Source: Bacteroidota bacterium (GTDB lineage: Bacteria; Bacteroidota; Bacteroidia; Palsa-965). From it: a DNA stretch of 64,000 nt. This document shows, in pieces, positions 9,899-20,300 of the stretch (position 1 is its first letter; every line of letters starts with the position of its first letter). The translations under genes were made by a program, and so were the position numbers. Under the pieces are notes generated by a model that was not told the DNA's origin, did not search any database, and was given only the letters and a program-made list of their open reading frames with translations. The stretch is from contig JABDAO010000001.1 in assembly GCA_013289095.1 (NCBI GenBank), positions 31,223-95,222 of the forward strand. Reading direction: 5' to 3'.

Positions 9899-11241
9899 CA
9901 GATCAGACTGAGGAGTTTGTTTTCAACCTCCTGGCTGTCCCATTTGGTTTCAATGCCGGGTATCTGCATGATCTGTTGCATAATAGCTTCCTGTTTTTCC
10001 CCGGCTTTCAGGGCTTCTGAATAACGTATATCAGGACTGTAGGTCACCATCGAATAAAGCGGGATCCATTTCTCCGGGTATTTGCTGTTGAAACGGGCCT
10101 CGATTTTCTTTTGCAGCAAGAAACGCGGGTCGGCAGTTTTGTCGCGCATTTCCACAAAGTTGGCGATGGCCAGATCGGCAATGGCATCGGCATCGGGTTT
10201 ACGCAAGTGCTGGTATTCGGCAAAGATATGCGCCCAGTTTTCCTGATGTTTGTCAATAAGCTTATCGAGCACCACACAATCTTCAAAACCGCAGTTCATA
10301 CCCTGTCCAAAAAAGGGCACAATGGCATGGGCCGCATCGCCGATAAGGGCTATTTTATCATCAAAGGTCCAGGGCCAGCATTTCACGGTAACGAGCGAGG
10401 AGGTAGGGTTGTCGAAATAATCGATGGCCAGGGTAGGCATCAGTTCGAGGGCATCGGGGAATTCGGTTTTAAAAAACTCATGTACATCTTCTCTGGTCTT
10501 TAAGGCCTGGAACGATTTTTCGCCTTCGAACGGGAAGAACAAGGTGCAGGTAAAGCTTCCGTCGAAATTCGGAAGGGCAATCATCATAAAATTGCCGCGT
10601 GGCCAGATATGCAGGGCATTTTTTTCGATCAGAAAAGAGCCGTTGGGGCCCGAGGGAATGTTCAGTTCTTTATACCCCGCTTCGATGTAATGCTGCTTGT
10701 ATTCAAACCGGTCGGCACTCAGTTGCATGCTCAGACGAGAAGCCGCAAAGGCCCCGTCTGAACCAAAGATCAGGTCGCTCGGGATGCTCGTTTGCTTACG
10801 GGTTTCGCTGTTTTCAAAAACTGTTCTATTGCCTGCACGGTCAATTTGGGTGCAACGCTCATTAAAATGAATGTTTACATTGGCTTGCCGTTCGGCCAGG
10901 TCCATGAGTTTCATATTTATTCCTGCCCGTGATACGGAATAGATAGCCTGGTCATTTTTTCCATAAGGCTGATACGCCGACGACCCGTCGCGATGATGTA
11001 TCGCACGTCCATACATGGGTATTGCAATCTTGCGTATTTCACCGGCAATGCCAACGCCCTCCAACCCTCGCCAACCTCTGTCGCTCAGGGCCAGGTTGAT
11101 CGACTTACCGGCCGAGATATCGGCTTTGCGCATATCGCTGCGACGTTCGAACAGATCTACCTGATAGCCCCGTTTGGCAAGATAAATCGAGAGCAGAGAG
11201 CCGACAAGACCGGCGCCAACGAGTGTTACTTTCTTTTGCAT
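9898..11241 (-). CDS. kmo: Kynurenine 3-monooxygenase
   Basis: VGAGLVGSL, GKSINLALSDRG, ALHIWPRG, MMIALPN.DGSFTCTLF, GDAAHAIVPFFGQGMNCGFED. Confidence 0.93.
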   Translation of the reverse strand: MQKKVTLVGAGLVGSLLSIYLAKRGYQVDLFERRSDMRKADISAGKSINLALSDRGWRGLEGVGIAGEIRKIAIPMYGRAIHHRDGSSAYQPYGKNDQAIYSVSRAGINMKLMDLAERQANVNIHFNERCTQIDRAGNRTVFENSETRKQTSIPSDLIFGSDGAFAASRLSMQLSADRFEYKQHYIEAGYKELNIPSGPNGSFLIEKNALHIWPRGNFMMIALPNFDGSFTCTLFFPFEGEKSFQALKTREDVHEFFKTEFPDALELMPTLAIDYFDNPTSSLVTVKCWPWTFDDKIALIGDAAHAIVPFFGQGMNCGFEDCVVLDKLIDKHQENWAHIFAEYQHLRKPDADAIADLAIANFVEMRDKTADPRFLLQKKIEARFNSKYPEKWIPLYSMVTYSPDIRYSEALKAGEKQEAIMQQIMQIPGIETKWDSQEVENKLLSLI

Positions 11242-11717
11242 AGTTTCCGGTTGATTTAGAAAGACGAATATAGGAACAAACCCGCTGATCGGTATACGGA
11301 ACAACTGTCAGAATCACTCTTTTCAGGTCGCTTTGAGTATGATTTTTCTCAGGCTTATGAGTAGCGGGTCTACGCCTTCTTTAAATTCCTCATACTTCCC
11401 GGCCAAAATCCTGAAATGGCTGTCCATGAGATCAGCGATGGATCGGACTAAACTAATACCAACATTGGAGAATAGGGGGCAAGGTCAAAAGTTGGGGAGT
11501 AGCCGACTTTCTGTATCAAAAACGTGAGGACAAAGATCGTTTGAGTGAAAAAATTCGGTCAAGCCTCCGGCAGAATCGTGATCTAAATCAGCATTTTTGT
11601 TAAACATGCTCCGATTTGTAAAAAAACTGGTTTTCCAGGACTAAGAGTGATTTTAGGCACGGAAGTGATTAGAGGACGTGCATCTTTAATGGGTATTCAT
11701 TCTGTTTGCTTACCACG

Positions 11718-11918
11718 GCTTCCAAACCTTTTGCCATGTACTTCGGTTTGATTTACCCGTACTTCAAACCTTTTTTCCTTTACTTCGGTTTGATTTACCC
11801 GTACTTCAAACCTTTTTTCCTTTACTTCGGTTTGATTTACCTGTACTTCAAACCTTTTTACCCCGCCTTCGGTTTGATAACCATGGTCTTCAAACCTTTT
11901 GCCATGGCTTTCAAAATC
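11718..11918. repeat. 21-nt-periodic tandem array (alternating units, 42-nt higher-order repeat)
   Basis: TACTTCGGTTTGATTTACCCG alternates with TACTTCAAACCTTTTTTCCTT; about 9.5 units. Confidence 0.95.
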
Positions 11919-11983
11919 AGTAACCCCGCACTTAGAATACGGGGGATGTCATCCCCCGTATTCTAAGCGCGGGGTTACTGATT
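11915..11983. repeat. 69-bp near-perfect palindrome (REP/REPIN-like, family C)
   Basis: 33-bp arms with one mismatch. AGTAACCCCGC ends are shared with 29154-29300; a half copy lies at about 12042-12064. Confidence 0.85.
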
Positions 11984-12444
11984 AGGTCTGTGAGGCGAAA
12001 AATGGGAGAGGCAGAAACATTTCCGTTAATTAAATGACATTGCGCTAAAGCGCGGGGTCACTTATTTCAATACACTCCGTATTAAAGAATCATTGAACCC
12101 TATGACTGTCTGAAACATACTAGCTGCACGCGTTTTAACCCGCATTTTTCAGTTGAAGATGGCTAACCCGCCAGCTCTCAGGAGCAGCGGCCTGCCTGCC
12201 GTAGCTTAGAGGCTTGCGCGACGGCAGGCAGGGATAACCCATCCCGATGAATATCGCGACTGCACAAAATCCAAACGCGCCGAACCCGCCCGGCCAGGGC
12301 ACGTCAGTGATTTGCCGTTCGGACGGGCAGTAGTGCACTACGTTTCTACTGTTCATTTTGGGTTTATCTAAAAAGGGTAAATCCCAGAAAATGACGTTGA
12401 CCCGAGAATAGAGGTAGGATGTAAGTAAGATTTAACGAGTAGGC

Positions 12445-12593
12445 CTGAACTGTGATTCTTGTGATTACAAAGATTGAATGATTAAAATGCTTTTCTGTTT
12501 GGCAATTAGTAAGATGCTACCCACCCGGTCAGATGCAATCAAAACCAGTATAAAATCAGGATAATCAACTCAATCATACCAATCACAGTTCAG
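12445..12593. repeat. MITE-like palindromic element
   Basis: Perfect 13-bp IR CTGAACTGTGATT / AATCACAGTTCAG with TGATT/AATCA-rich arms. Confidence 0.75.
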
Positions 12594-12887
12594 ACAGTTG
12601 TTACAGGCTGGGTTCAAGCTGATGCCGGACAGATCAAGGGCAGGAAGACAGAGGCTTTTGTGGGTGTCCGGATAGACACTTCCCGGCTTCGGATTGCCTC
12701 TATCCCGGTAGGCTAAGTGATTTCCCCGGAGTATGTTAAATCAATTTCAATCCTGAAGATCCGCTAAAACTGCGTTCCATCGCACAAAAATTTACAAAGC
12801 GGTATCTATATGAATTAATAATATGGAGTGAGATACTTGAAGGAATCTCTTTCATGTTCCCAAATCGCAACTTTAAAATTTCAAATC

Positions 12888-13907
12888 TTACACAATATTG
12901 ACTTCCCGCTCCAGTCTTACCCCAAATTTTTCCAGAACCGAATCAAGTACTTGTTGGGATAGCTCAAAGATCTCCTTCCCCGTTGCTTTTCCATAATTGA
13001 CCAGCACCAGGGCCTGCAGCTTGTGTACACCTGCATCGCCCAAAGTCCTTCCCTTCCATCCGGCCTGTTCGATGAGCCAGCCGGCAGCTAATTTCACACG
13101 GCCATTATCGAGCGGATAGCCAACGATGCCCAAAAAACCGGTCTGGAGCAACGCAAATGTTTCGGCAGAAACTTCGGGGTTCTTAAAAAAACTCCCGGCA
13201 TTGCCGATCACTGCCGGATCGGGAAGCTTGCTCCGGCGTATGTTGCAAACAGCCTGACTGATAGAAGCAACGCTCAGTTCTGTTGCCCCCATCACCTCCA
13301 GTTCTTTGGCGATGGCCCCGTAAGCCGTATTAAATACCGGTTTTTTGCGCAGCCGAAGCGTCACCGATGTGATGACGTACCAGCCCCTGGCTTCGCGTTT
13401 AAAAACACTTTCCCTGTATCCGAACCGGCATTGGGCCGCATTAAACCGTTCAATATGGTCTTCTGCTATATGGAGGGCTTCGAGTTCGTGGAAGACCTCT
13501 TTAAATTCAACCCCGTATGCCCCGATGTTCTGCATCGGCCCAGCCCCCACATTGCCCGGGATGAGCGACAGATTTTCGATGCCCCCATACCCCTTGCCGA
13601 TGCAGTGCATCACCAGCCCGTGCCAGTTCTCGCCTGCTCCGGCCCGGATGTAGACAAAATCTGCATCTTCTTTTACTTTTTCAATACCCGTGATGTTGTT
13701 TTTCAGGACCAGGTAATCAAGCTTGGTCTGGGTAAAGAGCAGATTACTTCCTCCACCCAGGATCATGTTGCGGGCCTGATTGAATCGGGGATCCTTCAAT
13801 ACCCCCCGTAGTTCGGCAACCGATGCAGGTTCTGCAAAATAACGTGCATAGGCTTCTATACCAAAGGTATTGAGCGTACGCAAGGGGTGGTTCTCGAAGA
13901 TTTTCAT
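12888..13907 (-). CDS. murB: UDP-N-acetylmuramate dehydrogenase
   Basis: NTFGI, LGGGSNLLF, IPGNVGAGPMQNIGAYGVE, GYRES.FK, GNAGSFFKNP, LEREV. Confidence 0.96.
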   Translation of the reverse strand: MKIFENHPLRTLNTFGIEAYARYFAEPASVAELRGVLKDPRFNQARNMILGGGSNLLFTQTKLDYLVLKNNITGIEKVKEDADFVYIRAGAGENWHGLVMHCIGKGYGGIENLSLIPGNVGAGPMQNIGAYGVEFKEVFHELEALHIAEDHIERFNAAQCRFGYRESVFKREARGWYVITSVTLRLRKKPVFNTAYGAIAKELEVMGATELSVASISQAVCNIRRSKLPDPAVIGNAGSFFKNPEVSAETFALLQTGFLGIVGYPLDNGRVKLAAGWLIEQAGWKGRTLGDAGVHKLQALVLVNYGKATGKEIFELSQQVLDSVLEKFGVRLEREVNIV

Positions 13908-13989
13908 CGGCTCAAATGTAGGAATGAATACCCGGCATAGCCATGAAAGGAACCGGTTTTATACACAACCCGATATTCATATCTTGGTG

Positions 13990-13997
13990 TATCTTTG
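13990..13997 (+). promoter_or_regulatory. -7 promoter element (TATCTTTG)
   Basis: TAnnTTTG; favours ATG 14022 over TTG 13995 as the glycosyltransferase start. Confidence 0.55.
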
Positions 13998-14021
13998 CCC
14001 CTTGCCCAGCCCCTGCGAAGA

Positions 14022-15158
14022 ATGAGAGTAATCGTATCTGTAATAAACGACCTGACTACCGATCAGCGTGTACATAAGGTATGTACCACTTTGCACAGCA
14101 TGGGCTATAAAGTTACCTTGATCGGGCGTCTGCAACGCAAAAGCCTGAAACTCGACCCGCGCAGGTATTATACGCACCGCATGTCGCTCTGGTTTGAAAC
14201 GGGCCCTCTGTTCTATGCCACCTTCCAATTCAGGCTTTTCTGCTTTTTACTCTTTCACAAAACAGATCTGCTCGTTGCCAACGACCTCGATACCCTACTG
14301 CCAAACTATCTGATATCGCTGTTAAAACGCATCCCGCTGGTGTACGACACCCACGAACTCTTTTGCGAAGTGCCCGAACTACAGGCGAACCCAGGTAAGA
14401 AAAAGATCTGGAAACGGGTGGAGCGATGGATCTTCCCAAAGCTCAAACGGGTTTTTACCGTGAATGATTCCATCGCAAAGATCTATGCCGAAGAATATAA
14501 GGTACCGATAAAAGTGGTCCGCAACATGCCACGAGCAGCCTTCTCGGCATTTGAACTGCCCCCCGCCACCCGTGTTGAATACGACCTGCCCCTTGACAAA
14601 AAGATTGTGCTCCTCCAGGGGGCCGGAATAAATATCGACCGGGGAGCCGAGGAAGCTGTACTGGCCATGAAATATCTGGAGGATGTCCTCCTTCTCATCA
14701 TAGGCGATGGTGATGTGATCCCGCTTTTGAAAGAAATGAGCGGCAAACCAGGACTTACCGGAAAAATCCGGTTCATCCCCAAACTTCCCTTTGCCGAGCT
14801 GAAACGATGCACCCAACTGGCCGATCTGGGGCTCACGCTCGATAAGGATACAAACATCAACTACCGATACAGCCTGCCCAATAAATTGTTCGATTATATA
14901 CTGGCCGGGGTACCGGTCATTGCCTCCAACCTGGTGGAAGTAAGGAACATTGTTGACCAGTACCAGATTGGATGCATCATACCCGATCATGACCCTAAAA
15001 CACTGGCGCGGGTGATCAGCACAAGCCTGGAGAATACCGGACAACTGAAAATATGGAAGGAAAACACTAAACTTGCAGCCGGAAATTGTTGCTGGGAGAA
15101 CGAAGAGAAGGTGCTTATCGGAGTCTATGAACCATTCCTGAAAAAAAAGAGCTTTTAA
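14022..15158 (+). CDS. Glycosyltransferase, GT4/GT-B fold
   Basis: NDL..DQRV, NDLDTL, YDTHE, PNKLFDYI.AGVPVIAS. Confidence 0.9.
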   Translation: MRVIVSVINDLTTDQRVHKVCTTLHSMGYKVTLIGRLQRKSLKLDPRRYYTHRMSLWFETGPLFYATFQFRLFCFLLFHKTDLLVANDLDTLLPNYLISLLKRIPLVYDTHELFCEVPELQANPGKKKIWKRVERWIFPKLKRVFTVNDSIAKIYAEEYKVPIKVVRNMPRAAFSAFELPPATRVEYDLPLDKKIVLLQGAGINIDRGAEEAVLAMKYLEDVLLLIIGDGDVIPLLKEMSGKPGLTGKIRFIPKLPFAELKRCTQLADLGLTLDKDTNINYRYSLPNKLFDYILAGVPVIASNLVEVRNIVDQYQIGCIIPDHDPKTLARVISTSLENTGQLKIWKENTKLAAGNCCWENEEKVLIGVYEPFLKKKSF

Positions 15159-15216
15159 CGGTCACAATCCTCTCCGGTATACAATACCTGGGAGGAAAAA
15201 ATCAATTCAACAAGTC

Positions 15217-16332
15217 TTGACGGCCAAATATCTGCATATTGTTTCGTTTGATGTTCCGTTCCCTCCCAATTATGGAGGAGTGATCGATGTGTTTTACAAA
15301 ATAAAGGCATTGCACGAAGCCGGGGTAAAAATCATCCTTCATTGTTTTGAGTACGGGCGGGAAGAGGCGCGCGAACTGGAAACCTATTGTGAACAGGTTT
15401 TCTACTACAAACGGCAGATGAACCGTAGCCTGTTGTTTCATACGCTCCCTTATATTGTGGTTTCTCGTCGCTCGGAAGTATTGATGGAGCGCTTGCTGAA
15501 TGATCAACATCCGATTCTGTTCGAAGGACTGCACAGCTGCTACCACCTGAACGATATACGTCTGCGCGGAAGGATCTGTCTGGTCCGTAACCACAACATC
15601 GAACACGATTATTACAACAGCCTGGCCCAGGTCGAAAAATCGGTGTTCCGAAAGATGTATTTCAAACGTGAAGCCGTAAAGCTCCGGGCCTTTGAAAAGG
15701 TGATGACACTTGCATCATCGGTACTCGCTATTTCGCGGGCGGATGAAGAAACCTTAAAGAAACGCTATTCAAATGTACAGCTGGTTTCGGCATTCCATCC
15801 CAACGGGCAGGTTTCGATATGCACCGGACAGGGAAACTTTGCTCTCTACCATGGAAACCTCGAAGTGGGAGAAAACAACGAAGCAGCCATTTATCTTGCC
15901 ACCCAGGTATTTTCCGACAGCAATGTGCCCCTTATCGTGGCCGGTAAAAACCCATCGGCCGAACTGGTGGATGCCATCTCCAAACAAAAAAACATTACAC
16001 TCCAGGGAAATATCCTGACAAACGAAATTGACGTCCTCATCCGGGAGGCGCAGATCAATGTGCTGCCTACGTTTCAGGCTACCGGCATAAAACTTAAGTT
16101 GCTTGCCGCGCTTTTCAATGGACGGCATTGTCTTGTCAATTCGCCCATGGTAAGCAATACCGGTCTGGAAACACTTTGCTCGATTGCCGACACCCCGGTA
16201 TCGATGCGTGCTGAAGTAGACCGGTTGTTTAATCTGTCTTTTGAGCCCGGCGCTATCATCCGGCGTGAACAGGTGCTTTGCCCCGCATTTTCGAATAGGG
16301 AGAGCCTGCAAAAGCTATTGAAACTTATTTGA
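15217..16332 (+). CDS. Glycosyltransferase (GT-B fold)
   Basis: DVPFPPNYGG, HNIEHDYY, TGIKLKLLAAL; TTG start. Confidence 0.85.
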   Translation: MTAKYLHIVSFDVPFPPNYGGVIDVFYKIKALHEAGVKIILHCFEYGREEARELETYCEQVFYYKRQMNRSLLFHTLPYIVVSRRSEVLMERLLNDQHPILFEGLHSCYHLNDIRLRGRICLVRNHNIEHDYYNSLAQVEKSVFRKMYFKREAVKLRAFEKVMTLASSVLAISRADEETLKKRYSNVQLVSAFHPNGQVSICTGQGNFALYHGNLEVGENNEAAIYLATQVFSDSNVPLIVAGKNPSAELVDAISKQKNITLQGNILTNEIDVLIREAQINVLPTFQATGIKLKLLAALFNGRHCLVNSPMVSNTGLETLCSIADTPVSMRAEVDRLFNLSFEPGAIIRREQVLCPAFSNRESLQKLLKLI

Positions 16333-16496
16333 GCGCAAGCCCCCGATCCGGGAACAACATCAAACAGCGTTACGCTACAGCGACTGACAACTCCGTTTAA
16401 AATTTAACTTCGGTTGGATCTACCACGGTTTCCGTTTCCCCCTTCATGGAGGGGCCAGAACGACAACAACGATTGGATGTTTTTCATTCCTGAACA

Positions 16497-17183
16497 CTAC
16501 TCCACAACCAGCGCCGAATCGAGCACCGCCCCATTCTCACATTTCAGTATACGCGAAGGGAACTTTTGGTACATCATGATATCATGGGTGGCAATAAGTA
16601 CGGCCCTGCCGGTGCGGCTGATATCAAGCAGGAGGTTGATGATGCCTTCGGATGTTTCGGGATCGAGGTTTCCGGTAGGCTCATCGGCCAGGATCACTTC
16701 GGGATCGTTGAGCAGGGCCCTTGCAATGGCAATACGCTGCTGCTCCCCGCCCGAAAGCTCATGTGGCGATTTATGCGATTTGGTGACCATGCCCACCTTG
16801 GTGAGCACATCTTCTATGCGCTTTTCCATATCCGTCTTGCTCGTCCACCCCGTAGCTTTGAGCACGAAACGCAGATTCTCCTGCACAGAACGGTCGGTAA
16901 GCAACTGAAAGTCCTGGAATACGATACCCAGTTTTCGCCGCAGGAACGGAATTTCTTTGCGCTTGATCGTGCGCAGGTTATACCCGGCAATGCTTGCTTC
17001 GCCCTGGCTCAGGGACAGATCGGCATACAAGGTCTTGAGCAAACTGCTTTTCCCGCTTCCGGTGCGGCCCAACAGGTACACCAGTTCGCCTTTGTTGATA
17101 CCGAACGAAACGGCACTCAGTACAAGATTGTGTTCCTGAAAGATGGAAATATTTTCGAGTGAAATGCTCTGGTCGAGGGTCAT
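16497..17183 (-). CDS. ftsE: FtsE-like ABC ATP-binding protein
   Basis: GRTGSGKS, LRRKLGIVFQDFQLL, LSGGEQQR, LADEPTGNLD. Confidence 0.82.
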   Translation of the reverse strand: MTLDQSISLENISIFQEHNLVLSAVSFGINKGELVYLLGRTGSGKSSLLKTLYADLSLSQGEASIAGYNLRTIKRKEIPFLRRKLGIVFQDFQLLTDRSVQENLRFVLKATGWTSKTDMEKRIEDVLTKVGMVTKSHKSPHELSGGEQQRIAIARALLNDPEVILADEPTGNLDPETSEGIINLLLDISRTGRAVLIATHDIMMYQKFPSRILKCENGAVLDSALVVE

Positions 17184-17354
17184 GCGGTGCTGTTTGCGAG
17201 AATGGAAAGTACGAATTTAGTCCCCATTTACAGACAAATACCCCCGATGCAACACAATAATCTTAACAGCTGTGCGTTCATAACTTAGAATCAAACCTCA
17301 AACCCACCCCTACGATAGAACGTACCTTTACCTATTAATTTTTTCATAAAAGAA

Positions 17355-20300
17355 ATGAATAAAATGAGTGGTGTAAGATGGGTGTTGGCAGTTGTCCTGA
17401 TGTGCGGTTTTAACCAAACGCTTCAGGCACAGAAAACAGCTATCTATACCGATAAGGATGCTGAATTTAAGCAGGGCCTTGATCTATTCGAAAAACAGCA
17501 ATATGCCTCGGCCCAGCATTGTTTTATTGAAACAACGCTCGGGCTCACCGACCGCAATACGCTAGTCTGTTCTGAAGCCGACTATTACTCTGCGCTCTGC
17601 TCCATGGAGCTTTTTCACCGCGATGCCGAGTACCTCCTTAAAAAGTTTCTCAAAGACCATCCTGAAAGCCCTCGGGTAAAGAGTGTTTATCTCAACCTGG
17701 GCCGGTATAACTACCGCAAGAAAAACTACCACGATGCCATCGAGTGGTTCAACCACGTTGATAGTTATGACCTCAATGCCTCCGAGCGGTCGGAGTACTA
17801 TTTCAAACGGGGTTACAGTTATCTGCAAAACAATTCGGATGAAAAGGCAAAGACCGATTTTGCAGAAGTAAAAGATGAACCGGGAGTATACGCTGTACCT
17901 GCGCTGTATTACCACGCCCATGTGCTTTATACCGAAAAGAGCTATGAATCGGCCTTGCAGGAATTCCAGAAACTGATCAAAGACCCCACCTTTGGCGCGG
18001 TGGTGCCGTATTACATCGCCCAGATCTTTTACCTACAGCACAAATACGAGGAAGTGATCCAGTATGCCCCCGATCTGCTCGATTCGGCCAGCACCAAACG
18101 GGCTCCGGAACTGGCCAGGATCCTGGGAGAATCGTATTTCAAGACAAACCGCTACAAAGAAGCCATCCCCTACCTCGAACGGTACCACAAATCGGCTCTG
18201 CTCAACAGGCCCGACTCGTATGAGCTGGGATATGCCTACTTTATGTCCGATAATTTTGATGCGGCCCTGCTTTCGTTTAAAGATGCCATCGGCCCCGACG
18301 ACAGCCTGAGCCAGAATGCCTCCTATCACCTGGGTTGTTGTTATCTGAAAAAAAACAACAAACAACTTGCGCAAAATGCCTTCAGCGAAGCCTCCCGCAT
18401 GCATTTCAGCAGGGAGATCCGCGAAGATGCCCTGTTCTCGTTTGCTGAACTTACTTATGAACTTTCCTACAGCCCCTTCAATGAAGCCATCAAGGCCTTG
18501 CAACAATATATTGCCGAATATCCGGGATCCCCGAAGGCTGATCAGGCCTATGCATTCCTTGTCAAGATCAATTTGGTGACCAAGAATTACGAAGAAGCAC
18601 TCAAATCCATAGAAAGCATCAAGCTATTGAAAGAAGAACTCAAACCCGTCTATCAACAGATTGCTTACAACCGGGGGGTGGAACTTTACAACAATTTTGA
18701 GTACGATCCCGCCATCGCGCTTTTCAGGAAAGCCATGAAATACCCCGTTGATCCGGTTACGAATGCACTTGGCAAATACTGGACCGCAGAGGCTTCCTAT
18801 CAAAAAGCCGAACGAAAACCGGATCCGCAGCTGTATGAAACCGCCCTCGACAACTACCGATTGTATATGGTAGCTCCTGGAGCTCCCCGCACACCCATGT
18901 ACAACACCGTTGATTACGAAATCGGGTATGCGCTTTTCCAACTGAAACAATATCCCGAAGCGGTCATCGCCTTTCGCAAATACGTGCTTCAAAAAGAAGA
19001 ACCGGCCGAAAAACGCTGCAATGCCTATATGCGTATTGGAGACGGCTACTATGTGACAAAAGATTTTCTGAATGCCGCCGATTATTACGACCTGGCGTTC
19101 AGTACAAAGACCGATAAGGGTTCGGAAAAAGATTATGCCCTCTACCACAAAGGAATGGCGCAAGGCCTGGAGAAGAAATATGAAAAGAAAATCGCTACGC
19201 TTGTTGCCTTGCTGAAGCTTTACCCCCAGTCGCCCTACACCGTTGCCTCCAAATATGAAGTGGCCCATACCTGTCAGCTCATCGACAAGCTCGATGAGGC
19301 CATACCCTATTACCAAAGCCTCATTACTGAAAACAACGGAAGCCCCTATGTACGTAAGTCGTACGATCAGCTCGGGCTGATCTATTACAATAAAAACGAC
19401 TACGACAATGCCCTGCAGAGCTATGAAAAGGTGGTGAGCATGAACATCAATTCAGAGGAAGCCATAAACGACATCCCCCAGATACAGCATATTTATGAGG
19501 ACATCAAAAAAGATCCCGAAGGTTATGCCACCTGGTTGAAACAGCATGGCAGGGATGTGGCGGCCTCACACCTCGATTCGGCCACGTACCAGATCGCAAA
19601 CAGGTATTATACCGATGGAGACTGCGGGAAAGCGGTGGAGGCACTCGGAAAATACATTTCCAAGTACCCTTCCGGCATCTTTTGTACCGAATCAAATTTC
19701 ATGAATGCCGAATGTAAACTCAAGAACAAAGACCTGGATGGGGCCCTGGGCGGATATAGCTATGTACTCAACCAGCCTTCCGGCAAATATACCGAGCCTT
19801 CGCTGAGAAGGGCTGCTGCCATCTGTTTCAACAAAGGCGATTTTAAAACAGCCTACGACGATTATTCAAAACTCGAAGCCTGGCCCCAGGATGCAAACGA
19901 TGCTCGCATAGGCATGATGCGTGCTGCCTGGGCGCTGAAAGATTATGACAACGCCCCCATTGCTGCAAACAAAATACTTACCTCAGACAATGTCTCTGCC
20001 GATCTGGCTACCGAAGCCCATCTGGTGCTGGCCCGCTCGGCTATGCAAAAACAGAACACAGATCTGGCTTATAACGAATACGCATTGGCCAAGGCAGGCT
20101 CCAAAAATGAAAATGGGGCTGAAGCAGCCTATAACATTGCACTGATACAAAACATCCGAAAGGATTATAAACTGTCAGAAAAAAGTGTGTTTGAAATCAT
20201 GAAGGAACAAGCCGGGTATAAGGTATGGGTGGGGAAGTCATTCCTCCTGCTTTCCGACAATTACATAGCCTTGAACGATACCTTCCAGGCCAAATATGTG

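Larger units (their letters stand above)
11476..12403. mobile_element. Non-autonomous insertion element, family A copy 1 (928 bp)
   Basis: 8-bp direct repeat GAGAATAG at 11468-11475 and 12404-12411. Ends are GGGGCAAGGTCAAAAGTTGGGG and CCCAGAAAATGACGTTGACCC, shared with 32388-33257. Confidence 0.88.
11323..12444 (-). pseudogene. Gene remnant interrupted by insertion element A1
   Basis: Removing 11476-12411 joins the two flanks into a stop-free 61-codon frame (AYSLNLTYILP-LFSNVG...KIILKAT*). Confidence 0.4.

Noticed and set aside
16497..17183. ftsE-like ATPase without ftsX
   Set aside because: This unlinked arrangement next to the TPR gene is usual in Bacteroidota.
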